A program made the translations under genes and the position numbers. Positions 1 to 8,847 of a DNA stretch of 64,000 bases are shown here, piece by piece. Location: IMG/VR virus record IMGVR_UViG_3300027971_004105. The stretch is one strand, 5' to 3'. Source of the stretch: a virus (lineage: Duplodnaviria > Caudoviricetes). Under the pieces are notes generated by a model that saw only the letters and a list, made by a program, of their open reading frames with translations, did no database searches and was not told the origin of the DNA. Every line of letters starts with the position of its first letter. Positions within the stretch are counted from its first letter, which is position 1.

Positions 1-5
1 CCAGC

Positions 6-1832
6 ATGGCATTGTTCTATGGCAGCATATTGGCCTTGGTGAACGAAGTAGATCGTCAAGTGGACGTGTTCAGAGAACTCAGTCAACAAGGCGCTGATTT
101 TGGTGCAGGCATATTTGGTTCTCGTATGGCAGCCATTGAAGCTGGATTGAGTCTGGATCTTTTCAAAGAACAGGTGTTGGCCAACACTGGCACATTTGGC
201 TTGTTGGGTGGCAGTGTGAGTCGAGGTGTGAAAGTGTTCACCAACGTCAGCAGAAATATTCAAAGAGATTTCCAACCCACATTGAGCAGATTGGGATTCA
301 CCATGCTGGAAACTTCAGATTATATCACAGATTATTTGGAAATACAAACCAGTCTAGGCAAAGCTCAGCAGATGAGTCAAGAAGATCTCACAGACGGCAG
401 CAAAGATTATCTTCTGCAGTTGGACATGTTGAGCAGAGTCACAGGACAGAGCAGAAAACAACTCAGCGAAGAACTCAAACGTCAAGGACAGGATCTCAGA
501 TTAAAATCACTCATGGCCACCATGGACAAAGACGCCCAAGCCAATCTACAAGCAATTGTGGCAGGACTGGGAAATGTAGATCCCAAATTAAAATCGGCCA
601 TTGAAGAAATGATAGTCACAGGAGGCAATCCTGTGAGTGAGTTTGGAAGAATGCTGGCCAGCACCTCCCCAGAATTGGTGAATCTAGCAGCAGGAGTACG
701 CAATGGTTCTGTGAGTTCCGCAGAATTTGCAGCAGGCATGAGAAGAGCTGCTGCCGGAGCAAATGCTAATAGAGAATCTCTACAAGGGTTAGCCACTGCA
801 GCTGCCATCACAGGCAATGACATGTATCTGGCGCAGGCGTCATTGTTGAGTTTGACCGAATATCAATCACAAGCCACTGAAGCCACCAAACAACAGCAGG
901 AAGCACAGAATGATGCCACAAAAGCCTTGACCAACTTTGACAGTCAAATGCAAAAATTTAGAAACGCTCTTATCAACTTGATATCTCCAGCACTGGAAGC
1001 AGTTGGATTTGGATTGTCTGCCATGTCTGATGTCATCACTGTTGTCACAATGCCTTTCAGCTATCTTGGAAAACAATTGGATAAAATTAATATTGATTTT
1101 GGCCAATTTGGACAGGCATTAAAAATAGCTCTAGGCACATTGTTGCTGTATGGCATGGCACGCGGCAGTGCAGCAATTGTAAAAGGCGGCATGAATATGG
1201 GCAGCAAGGTCCTGGGCATGGGATCTAATCTAATGTCTGGCAGCAGCACAGCAGCACCTGCAGCAGCAGCAGGCAAAACAGCAGGCTCAGGCGTAGCCGG
1301 CAAAATGCTCAGTGCTGGTGGTGCAGTGGCATCTGCCAAAGCCATAGGAATACTATCTTTGGCAGTAGTTGGCATAGGTGCAGCACTGGCTGGAGCCACA
1401 TGGCTCATGGGAGGCGCTCTGGAAAAATTGGGCACAGGATTGGGCAAAGTGGCAGATGTGGATGGTGACAGATTAAAAAGTGTGGGCGAAGGAGTCAAAG
1501 AACTGGCCAGTGCCATGGCGGTATTTGGCAGCACTGGTGGTTTTGGTCAGATCAAAGACATCAACATAGAATCATTTGCCAAAAACATCAATGCCACATT
1601 GGATTCACTTGACAAAGGTAAAATAGACAGCTATACTGAAGCATTAAACAGTCTGGGAGACTCTTTTGCTAAGGTACAAAACAATATGAGCAGCACAGTG
1701 TCAGCCTCAGGAAAAACTTCAGCTGACAAGCTGGAAGAGTTAAATATGACTATGAAGCAAGTTCTTTATGTGCTAGAAGGCAGCAAAAGATATCAAAGAG
1801 ACACTGCTACAGCAGTTGGAGAAATTACATAA
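6..1832 (+). CDS. Tape-measure-like / helical tail protein; may be 5'-truncated by the window edge
   Basis: 608-aa ORF, helical Ala/Gln/Leu-rich N half and Ala/Gly-rich hydrophobic C half typical of tape-measure proteins; directly upstream of portal; no in-frame stop visible before position 6. Confidence 0.5.
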   Translation: MALFYGSILALVNEVDRQVDVFRELSQQGADFGAGIFGSRMAAIEAGLSLDLFKEQVLANTGTFGLLGGSVSRGVKVFTNVSRNIQRDFQPTLSRLGFTMLETSDYITDYLEIQTSLGKAQQMSQEDLTDGSKDYLLQLDMLSRVTGQSRKQLSEELKRQGQDLRLKSLMATMDKDAQANLQAIVAGLGNVDPKLKSAIEEMIVTGGNPVSEFGRMLASTSPELVNLAAGVRNGSVSSAEFAAGMRRAAAGANANRESLQGLATAAAITGNDMYLAQASLLSLTEYQSQATEATKQQQEAQNDATKALTNFDSQMQKFRNALINLISPALEAVGFGLSAMSDVITVVTMPFSYLGKQLDKINIDFGQFGQALKIALGTLLLYGMARGSAAIVKGGMNMGSKVLGMGSNLMSGSSTAAPAAAAGKTAGSGVAGKMLSAGGAVASAKAIGILSLAVVGIGAALAGATWLMGGALEKLGTGLGKVADVDGDRLKSVGEGVKELASAMAVFGSTGGFGQIKDINIESFAKNINATLDSLDKGKIDSYTEALNSLGDSFAKVQNNMSSTVSASGKTSADKLEELNMTMKQVLYVLEGSKRYQRDTATAVGEIT

Positions 1833-1833
1833 T

Positions 1834-3516
1834 ATGAGTTGGAAAAGATATTTTAATCAAGTGAGTGACAACGAGATCTACACTCGCACAGGTCGCATGG
1901 CAGGTCCAGCCAAGACCAACTACAGTTCTTATTTGCCAGATGTGTATGTGGGATCACCCAACAGAGTGGAACGCTATGGACAATACAATGTGATGGACAT
2001 GGATTCCGAAGTGAATGCAGCCTTGGACATCCTGGCTGAATTTTGTTCGCAACTGAACAAACAGAATGACACAAATTTTAAACTGAATTTCAAACAACCT
2101 GCCACCAATGCAGAAATCACCATACTGAAACAATATCTACAGCAATGGTGCAAACTGAACAATTTCAACAAGAGAATTTTTAGAATATTCCGTAATGTGT
2201 TCAAGTACGGTGATGCTTTCTTTATCAAAGATCCTGAAACTAAAAAATGGTTCCATGTGGATCCAGCCAAAGTGACCAAGATCATTGTGAATGAATCAGA
2301 AGGCAAGAAACCAGAACAGTACATGATACGTGACATAAATTTAAATTTTAAAGATTTGATTGCTACCACTCCATACGAAACCAACAACAATATCACAGCA
2401 GGTGGTTCTGGCTATTTGGCAGGCAGTGTGCGTGGTATGGTGGGCATGAGCCCCGAACAGTCTGGATCAAGATTCACCACCAGTTTGAAAGAAACTGCTG
2501 TGAGTGCAGAACATGTGATACATTTGAGTTTGAGTGAAGGACTGGACAATAATTTCCCATTTGGAAATTCTTTATTAGAGTCCATATTTAAAGTGTACAA
2601 ACAAAAAGAATTATTGGAAGACGCAATTATCATTTATAGGGTGCAAAGAGCTCCAGAACGTCGTGTGTTCTATGTGGACGTGGGCAATATGCCTTCACAC
2701 TTGGCCATGCAGTTTGTGGAAAGAGTCAAAACAGAAATTCATCAAAGACGTATTCCATCATCTACAGGCGGTGGAACCAATGTGATAGATTCTGCCTACA
2801 ATCCATTATCCATCAATGAAGACTTTTTCTTCCCTCAGACAGCAGAAGGTCGCGGATCAAAAGTGGAAACACTGCCAGGCGGTACCAACCTTGGTGAAAT
2901 TGATGATTTAAAATACTTTACTAATAAACTGCTGCGTGGATTGCGTATTCCCAGCTCATACCTGCCCACAGGACCAGATGACAGCAATGCACAGTACACA
3001 GATGGCAGAGTGGGCACTGCTTACATTCAAGAATTGAGATTCAACAACTATTGTGAAAGATTACAGAACTTGGTCGCAGATGAATTCAACAACGATTTTA
3101 AAAAATATCTTTTGGAAAAAGGAGTCAACATTGATGTGAGCATGTTTGATATCAAGTTTCAAACTCCACAAAACTTTGCTTCTTACAGACAAGCAGAATT
3201 GGACAACAACAGAATCCAAACATTCAGTCAAGTGGCAGCACTGCCTTACATCAGCAACAGATATGCACTGATGAGATTTTTGGGCATGAGTGCAGATGAA
3301 TTGGCTGAAAACGAAAGATTATGGCGTGAAGAAAATGATGAGAAATTCAAAGTTAAACCCACTGCATCAGCTGCTGAAATGCGCAGCGCAGGCATCAGCT
3401 CTGCCAACATACAGCAGGATTTAGCAGCACAAGAACCAGAAACCACTGCTCCAGTGGAACCCACAGATACCACAGGTGGTGCTGGCGCCACTCCAGGCAC
3501 AACTCCCACCACATAA
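1834..3516 (+). CDS. gp20: Portal protein, T4 gp20-like
   Basis: Motifs LLEDAIIIYRVQRAPERRVFYVDVGNMP, EDFFFPQTAEGRGSKVETLPGG, YFTNKLLRGLRIPSS. ATG at 1834 (MSWKRYF) preferred over TTG at 1816. Confidence 0.95.
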   Translation: MSWKRYFNQVSDNEIYTRTGRMAGPAKTNYSSYLPDVYVGSPNRVERYGQYNVMDMDSEVNAALDILAEFCSQLNKQNDTNFKLNFKQPATNAEITILKQYLQQWCKLNNFNKRIFRIFRNVFKYGDAFFIKDPETKKWFHVDPAKVTKIIVNESEGKKPEQYMIRDINLNFKDLIATTPYETNNNITAGGSGYLAGSVRGMVGMSPEQSGSRFTTSLKETAVSAEHVIHLSLSEGLDNNFPFGNSLLESIFKVYKQKELLEDAIIIYRVQRAPERRVFYVDVGNMPSHLAMQFVERVKTEIHQRRIPSSTGGGTNVIDSAYNPLSINEDFFFPQTAEGRGSKVETLPGGTNLGEIDDLKYFTNKLLRGLRIPSSYLPTGPDDSNAQYTDGRVGTAYIQELRFNNYCERLQNLVADEFNNDFKKYLLEKGVNIDVSMFDIKFQTPQNFASYRQAELDNNRIQTFSQVAALPYISNRYALMRFLGMSADELAENERLWREENDEKFKVKPTASAAEMRSAGISSANIQQDLAAQEPETTAPVEPTDTTGGAGATPGTTPTT

Positions 3517-3519
3517 GCA

Positions 3520-3525
3520 TAAATA
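3520..3525 (+). promoter_or_regulatory. TAAATA late-promoter-like motif, 5 nt before ATG 3531
   Basis: Same hexamer recurs in most intergenic gaps; resembles T4 late consensus TATAAATA. Confidence 0.65.
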
Positions 3526-3530
3526 ATTTC

Positions 3531-3773
3531 ATGCTACTGCGTGAAATTTTCTATTTTGACAAAAATGATGTGAACACCTCTGATCACAAAATGTATGATC
3601 CTCAGCATGATCAATCCATTATTGGCACCACAGACACTCGCAAAACTAGATTTACTCTGAAACAAATCAACAGAGCTCGCAAAGCCAGTGAATTTCACAA
3701 CAATGAACAGCAAAAAGAACTGGAATTTGTGAGAAACATGTACAGTATCGCCAGCACTCAACCCACAGCCTAA
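3531..3773 (+). CDS. Hypothetical protein, 80 aa
   Basis: Fills the gap between portal and next gene; preceded by TAAATA. Confidence 0.7.
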   Translation: MLLREIFYFDKNDVNTSDHKMYDPQHDQSIIGTTDTRKTRFTLKQINRARKASEFHNNEQQKELEFVRNMYSIASTQPTA

Positions 3774-3788
3774 CCTGAACAGCCAAGC

Positions 3789-4568
3789 ATGGCCAAATTA
3801 GACAAATCTTTATACACCAAAGAACAGTGGAAAGCCATCAAACATCAGCGTAACTCTGACAAAGCACAGCACAGACTGACCAAGCAGGGTCATAGCACAA
3901 CAGTGCAGCCTGCTCCTCATCAGCACACACCTGTTGCACCCACACCTCAACACAGACCACCAGTGGATGGCAACATTGCTTTTGTGGTGGGCAATGGACT
4001 GAGTCGCAAAAATATCAACCTGGATTATCTGCGTGAATGGGGCAAAATTTATGGTTGCAATGCACTGTATCGTGAATTTAGACCAGATTTTTTGGTGGCA
4101 GTGGATGCCAAGATGATTGTGGAGATTTGTGAAAGCCAATGGCAACTGCAAAACCCTGTGTGGACCAATCCCAACAAAAACATGGAAAAGTTCAAAGGAT
4201 TGAATTTTTTCAAACCCAGTCAAGGATGGAGTTCAGGACCCACAGCACTGTGGTTGGCCACTTCACATCAGCACACCACACTTTATATATTAGGGTTTGA
4301 TTATGTGGGCACTGCAGAGGGCAAACTCAACAACCTTTATGGCAGCACACGCAACTACCGCAACAACACAGATCCAGCCACATATCACGGCAATTGGCAG
4401 CGTCAAACCGGCATTGTGATACAGAAAAACCCCAAAAACCAATACATTAGGGTGGTGCCAGACAGTGGAGCAGGCTATCAAGCAGAAGATTTTAAAAAAT
4501 ATCGCAATTACTCCGAAATGCGGGTGTCAGATTTTCGCAACAGCTTTTGCAGACCAAAACCTGTGTAA
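3789..4568 (+). CDS. DUF115/MptE/Maf-like Rossmann-type protein, possibly glycosyltransferase-related
   Basis: AFVVGNGLSR, YGCNALYR, DFLVAVD, SSGPTALWLA and YILGFD motifs; N-terminal basic His/Pro-rich extension. Confidence 0.55.
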   Translation: MAKLDKSLYTKEQWKAIKHQRNSDKAQHRLTKQGHSTTVQPAPHQHTPVAPTPQHRPPVDGNIAFVVGNGLSRKNINLDYLREWGKIYGCNALYREFRPDFLVAVDAKMIVEICESQWQLQNPVWTNPNKNMEKFKGLNFFKPSQGWSSGPTALWLATSHQHTTLYILGFDYVGTAEGKLNNLYGSTRNYRNNTDPATYHGNWQRQTGIVIQKNPKNQYIRVVPDSGAGYQAEDFKKYRNYSEMRVSDFRNSFCRPKPV

Positions 4569-4615
4569 AACCAGTCAAAATCGACCTATATCTACCCACT
4601 TTTTAAAAATTTTGT

Positions 4616-4621
4616 TAAATA
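4616..4621 (+). promoter_or_regulatory. TAAATA late-promoter-like motif upstream of head core/protease/scaffold/capsid operon
   Basis: gtTAAATAaa; SD AGGAG upstream of ATG 4670. Confidence 0.6.
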
Positions 4622-4669
4622 AAGGAGACAGCCTTATCAATAAACTAACCAACAATCAAGGAGACACTA

Positions 4670-5596
4670 ATGTCAGAAAACACAACCAATAAATTCGAGC
4701 AAATGCTTGAAAAACTTACCGCAGATGACAGAACTGGTGCAGAAGCTCTATTTCACGAAATAGTAGTTGAGAAATCACGTTCGATCTACGAAAATTTATT
4801 AGAATCAGATTTAGCTGATATAGCAGTGGAAGAAACTGCTGTGGAAGAAGCTAAAAAAGATAAAGAAATGAAAAAAGCAGACAAAGAAGATTCTAAAGAA
4901 GAAATGAAAAAAGAATCTACTGAAGAAGTTGCTGCTGAAACAATTGCTCCAGTTGCAGTTGCTCCAGTTGCAGTTGCTCCAATAACTGCTGAAGTAGGCG
5001 GAGATGCCTCTGACGACATGATCGCAGACATCGAAGACGAAAAAGATGCTGAACACAAAGGTGAAGAAAAACCTGCGGATGCAGACATCGAAAACAAAAT
5101 AGTTGATTTAGAAGATGCAGTGGAAGAACTAAAAGCCGAGTTTGAAAAATTAATGTCAGACGAAGGCGACAAAGAAGATGCTAAAGACGGTGAAGGCGAT
5201 AAAGAAGCTGAAAAAGAAGCCGTAGCAACAGAAGTTCAACCAAATGCAGAGGAAGTAGCACCAGTAGCAACTTCCGCACTTGGCACACAACCAGCCAACT
5301 CTGAAGACAAAAGCGAAAGAGAAAGAATGAGAGAATACGTGGACAAAGTGGCAGTGAAACATGCTGACCATTCTGACAACGCAAAATCTCCAACTCCTAA
5401 GCAAGCGAAATCAATGGGCGGAAAAGCTGTTGACATCGTAGGTTCAGAAGAAAAAGGTAGACCAGCTCCAAAAGCGGAGTTGAATGACGGAGGCAATATT
5501 AATACGCCTGGCGCATCTATCAAGTTGGTAAAAGCCAAAGGCCCAGAAAATGCTGACAAGTCGGACAATTCGACCAGTGTTGTGGGTAGCAAATAG
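4670..5596 (+). CDS. Acidic low-complexity prohead core/scaffold-like protein
   Basis: 308 aa, very Glu/Asp/Lys/Ala-rich with coiled-coil segments; lies between portal and protease, where T4 has its core genes. Confidence 0.5.
   Translation: MSENTTNKFEQMLEKLTADDRTGAEALFHEIVVEKSRSIYENLLESDLADIAVEETAVEEAKKDKEMKKADKEDSKEEMKKESTEEVAAETIAPVAVAPVAVAPITAEVGGDASDDMIADIEDEKDAEHKGEEKPADADIENKIVDLEDAVEELKAEFEKLMSDEGDKEDAKDGEGDKEAEKEAVATEVQPNAEEVAPVATSALGTQPANSEDKSERERMREYVDKVAVKHADHSDNAKSPTPKQAKSMGGKAVDIVGSEEKGRPAPKAELNDGGNINTPGASIKLVKAKGPENADKSDNSTSVVGSK
4944..4981 (+). repeat. 15-bp tandem repeat (ttgctccagttgcag) x2.5 encoding APVAV
   Basis: Read directly from sequence. Confidence 0.9.
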
Positions 5597-5623
5597 TACA
5601 GTTAAGGACTTATAAAGTAAAAG

Positions 5624-6244
5624 ATGTTAACATTACGTGAAACATTGACATTCGATCAAGCAGGCTTGATCGTGGAGTCTACAGAGGACAAAAACGGGGG
5701 TAAGAGCCTTTACATGAAAGGTATCTGCATTCAGGGAGGCGTGAAAAATGCCAACCAAAGAGTGTATCCTGTTAGTGAAATCGGTAGGGCTGTCAACACA
5801 CTCAACGATCAGATCAAAGGTGGTTATTCAGTGTTGGGCGAAGTGGATCATCCAGAAGGACTTAATATCAATTTGGACCGTGTGAGTCATATGCTGTCAA
5901 GCATGTGGATGGACGGCCCAAATGGACACGGCAAACTAAAAATATTACCTACGCCGATGGGACTACTAGTTAAAACAATGCTGGAAAGCGGAGTTAAACT
6001 GGGAGTCTCGTCGCGTGGTTCAGGCAACGTCAAAGAAGACGGATCCGGACAAGTGAGTGATTTTGAAATCATCACTGTGGACATAGTGGCTCAACCGTCA
6101 GCTCCGGGAGCCTATCCAACACCAATTTATGAACATCTTTTGAACACAAGAGGTGGTTATAGAGCTTTAAACATCGCAAGGGACACACAGGCACAAGAAT
6201 ACTTAAAGGAACAACTGGTGAATATCATCAGTAAACTCCGTTAA
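5624..6244 (+). CDS. gp21: Prohead core protein protease, T4 gp21-like
   Basis: GVKNANQRVYP, LGEVDHP, LGVSSRGSG, DIVAQPSAPGAY motifs. Confidence 0.95.
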   Translation: MLTLRETLTFDQAGLIVESTEDKNGGKSLYMKGICIQGGVKNANQRVYPVSEIGRAVNTLNDQIKGGYSVLGEVDHPEGLNINLDRVSHMLSSMWMDGPNGHGKLKILPTPMGLLVKTMLESGVKLGVSSRGSGNVKEDGSGQVSDFEIITVDIVAQPSAPGAYPTPIYEHLLNTRGGYRALNIARDTQAQEYLKEQLVNIISKLR

Positions 6245-6263
6245 ACAAATAGGAGAAAATATA

Positions 6264-7352
6264 ATGTTAGATGCACTGAAATCGCTTTTTGAAAACAATG
6301 TTGTTTCCAAAGAGATCAGAGCTGAAATCGAAAATGCTTGGAATGCTAAAATTAATGAAAATAAATTAGCAGCCACAGCAGAACTTCGTGAAGAGTTTGC
6401 TAAAAAGTATGCACACGACAAACAGCAACTAATTGATGCTGTGGACAAGTTAGTGTCAGAAAAATTAGCAGTGGAAATTGCTGAATTTGCAGAAGATCGC
6501 AATCAATTAGCAGAAGCCAAAGCACAATACGCAGTGGCCATCCGTGAAAACACAGATGCACTGAAATCTTTTGTGTTTGAAAGACTCGCAGCGGAGATCG
6601 AAGAACTACACGCAGATCAAAAAGTTGTGTCTGAAAACTTCAGCAAACTTGAAGAATTTGTGGTAGAAGCTCTATCTAAGGAAATAGCTGAGTTTCATCA
6701 AGACAAACAAGACCTAGCAGAGACCAAAGTACGCTTAATCAGAGAAGCCAAGGCTCATTTTGAAAAAGTTCGCAAGAATTTCATCGAGAAGAGTTCAGCG
6801 GTGGTGACTGAAACAGTTAGCAAAGTTCTTACCAAAGAAATTGGCCAACTTAAAGGCGACATTGAATCTGCTCGTAAGAACGACTTTGGACGCAGATTGT
6901 TTGAGACATTTTCAGAAGAGTATGCTTCAAGCTACTTGAACGAAAAATCTGAAACATCTAAACTTCTAAAAGTGGTCAAGATCAAAGACCAACAAATAGA
7001 AGATGCGAAAAAAGCTGCACAAGAGAATGCCAAATTGGTTGAAGCAAAAGACGCCGAAATCCAATCAGCAAAAGATGCAGCAGAGAGATCAGCAGTTATT
7101 GGTGAGCTTACAGCTCCTCTTAACACTGAACAAAAAGAAATAATGAAAAACTTACTGGAATCAGTTCAAACAGCAAAATTAAGATCAGCGTTTGACAAGT
7201 ACATGCCATCAGTAGTAAACGGCGGTACAGCACCAGCGAAGAAAAAGGCTTTGAATGAAGGCACTGAAGTAACAGGCGACAAGACACAAACTAACGTTAG
7301 ACAGGTATTCGATAACAATATATTTGCTATTCGAAGACTTGCCGGTTTATAA
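6264..7352 (+). CDS. gp22: Prohead core scaffold protein, T4 gp22-like
   Basis: 362-aa coiled-coil Glu/Ala/Lys-rich protein between protease and capsid; SD AGGAG. Confidence 0.85.
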   Translation: MLDALKSLFENNVVSKEIRAEIENAWNAKINENKLAATAELREEFAKKYAHDKQQLIDAVDKLVSEKLAVEIAEFAEDRNQLAEAKAQYAVAIRENTDALKSFVFERLAAEIEELHADQKVVSENFSKLEEFVVEALSKEIAEFHQDKQDLAETKVRLIREAKAHFEKVRKNFIEKSSAVVTETVSKVLTKEIGQLKGDIESARKNDFGRRLFETFSEEYASSYLNEKSETSKLLKVVKIKDQQIEDAKKAAQENAKLVEAKDAEIQSAKDAAERSAVIGELTAPLNTEQKEIMKNLLESVQTAKLRSAFDKYMPSVVNGGTAPAKKKALNEGTEVTGDKTQTNVRQVFDNNIFAIRRLAGL

Positions 7353-7381
7353 ACAAACAAAACAAATAGGAGACAAATAAA

Positions 7382-8551
7382 ATGTCAGAACTAACAGAAG
7401 CACGCTGGTCAGAAACAAAATCAGCATTGTTAGAAGGTCTAAAAGGTAACAGAAAATCTGTTATGGATGTGACTCTTGAGAATACTAGAAAGTATATCAA
7501 TGAATCAGCATCAGCTGGAAGCACTTCTGCAGGCAATGTTGCTACTTTAAACAGAGTAATTCTACCAGTAATAAGACGAGTTATGCCAACTGTAATTGCC
7601 AACGAATTAGTAGGCGTACAGCCAATGACTGGTCCAGTGGGACAAATCCACACGTTAAGAGTAAGATACGCAGAAGCATCAAGCGGTACAACTACAACTA
7701 CTGCAGGTGAAGAAGCTTTATCACCGTTCAAAATCGCAGAAGCATATTCTGGCGACAATTCATCTACTAAAGCAGGTTCAACATCAGCTTTAGAAGGTAC
7801 AGGTGGTAAAAAACTATCGATCCAAATCTTGAAGCAAACTGTAGAAGCCAAAAGCAGAAAATTATCTGCAAACTGGACCTTCGAATCAGCTCAAGATGCT
7901 CAATCACAACAAGGTATCGACATCGAAGCAGAGATCATGGCAGCATTAGCTCAAGAGATCACTGCAGAGATTGACCAAGAAATCATTGGTTCATTGTATT
8001 CATTAGCTGGTTCAGCTTTCAATACATTTGACCAACAAGCGGTTTCTGGAACTGCAACTTTCGTCGGTGACGAACACGCAGCTCTTGCTATCTTGATCAA
8101 TAGAGCAGCTAACGCGATAGCACAAAGAACAAGAAGAGGCGCTGGAAACTACGCAGTAGTATCTCCAACTGCTTTGACTATACTTCAATCAGCTACAACT
8201 TCAGCATTCGCAAGAAGCACTGAAGGCACATTTGAAGCTCCAACTAACAATAAATTAGTAGGAACTTTGAACTCAGCTATGAAAGTATACGTTAACACTT
8301 ATGCATCAAGCGATGATGTGTTAGTAGGATACAAAGGTTCATCAGAAGCAGATGCTCCAGCGTTCTACTGCCCATACATTCCTTTAATGTCATCAGGCGT
8401 TGTTCTTAACCCAAGCACTTTCGAACCAACTGTTTCTTTCTTAACAAGATACGGTTACGTAGAATTGTCAAACACAGCATCATCTTTAGGTAATGCTGCT
8501 GACTACTTGGCTAAAGTTGCAGTAACAACTGCTAACTTGTCGTTCGCGTAA
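7382..8551 (+). CDS. gp23: Major capsid protein, T4 gp23-like
   Basis: LVGVQPMTGPVGQIHTLRVRY, TVEAKSRKLSANWTFESAQD, EITAEIDQEII, FYCPYIPL, TRYG motifs. Confidence 0.96.
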   Translation: MSELTEARWSETKSALLEGLKGNRKSVMDVTLENTRKYINESASAGSTSAGNVATLNRVILPVIRRVMPTVIANELVGVQPMTGPVGQIHTLRVRYAEASSGTTTTTAGEEALSPFKIAEAYSGDNSSTKAGSTSALEGTGGKKLSIQILKQTVEAKSRKLSANWTFESAQDAQSQQGIDIEAEIMAALAQEITAEIDQEIIGSLYSLAGSAFNTFDQQAVSGTATFVGDEHAALAILINRAANAIAQRTRRGAGNYAVVSPTALTILQSATTSAFARSTEGTFEAPTNNKLVGTLNSAMKVYVNTYASSDDVLVGYKGSSEADAPAFYCPYIPLMSSGVVLNPSTFEPTVSFLTRYGYVELSNTASSLGNAADYLAKVAVTTANLSFA

Positions 8552-8570
8552 TAGCACGAAAAGAATATTA

Positions 8571-8604
8571 AAAATGGGGGGCGTAAAAACCCCCCATTTT
8601 TTTT
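8571..8604 (+). terminator. Rho-independent terminator after capsid gene
   Basis: AAAATGGGGGG-cgtaaaaa-CCCCCCATTTT stem running into a T8 tract. Confidence 0.9.
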
Positions 8605-8617
8605 GACTTCAAAATCG

Positions 8618-8646
8618 TTGACAAATCAAAATATATCAGCTAAAAT
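8618..8646 (+). promoter_or_regulatory. sigma70-type promoter TTGACA-N17-TAAAAT
   Basis: TTGACA 8618-8623, 17-bp spacer, TAAAAT 8641-8646; ATG 6 nt downstream with no SD. Confidence 0.8.
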
Positions 8647-8652
8647 ACACAT

Positions 8653-8847
8653 ATGAAAACATTATTATCATTGGCAGCATTGCTGTTGACAGTTGGTTGC
8701 TCCAACATATCCAGTCCAAGAGTGGAATTTGGTATGAAGTGTGTGATGACTGGAGACAAAATTGCTTACAGCTATGTTTGGGTGTATGACAAAGACATTG
8801 GTTTACCAGCCACAGCTGAAACATGTTCTGCTCTGAAAAAAAATTAA
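8653..8847 (+). CDS. Small putative lipoprotein, 64 aa
   Basis: MK, hydrophobic core, then lipobox-like LTVG|C; two further Cys in the mature part. Confidence 0.7.
   Translation: MKTLLSLAALLLTVGCSNISSPRVEFGMKCVMTGDKIAYSYVWVYDKDIGLPATAETCSALKKN

Noticed and set aside
1816-1833. Longer starts in the ORF track (TTG 1816 portal, ATG 9643, 58230 HNH, TTG 56416)
   Set aside because: Downstream ATGs fit gene boundaries, SD or TAAATA spacing better
4944-4981. 15-bp tandem repeat as a contingency locus
   Set aside because: Unit is a multiple of 3 in a low-complexity linker; only 2.5 copies
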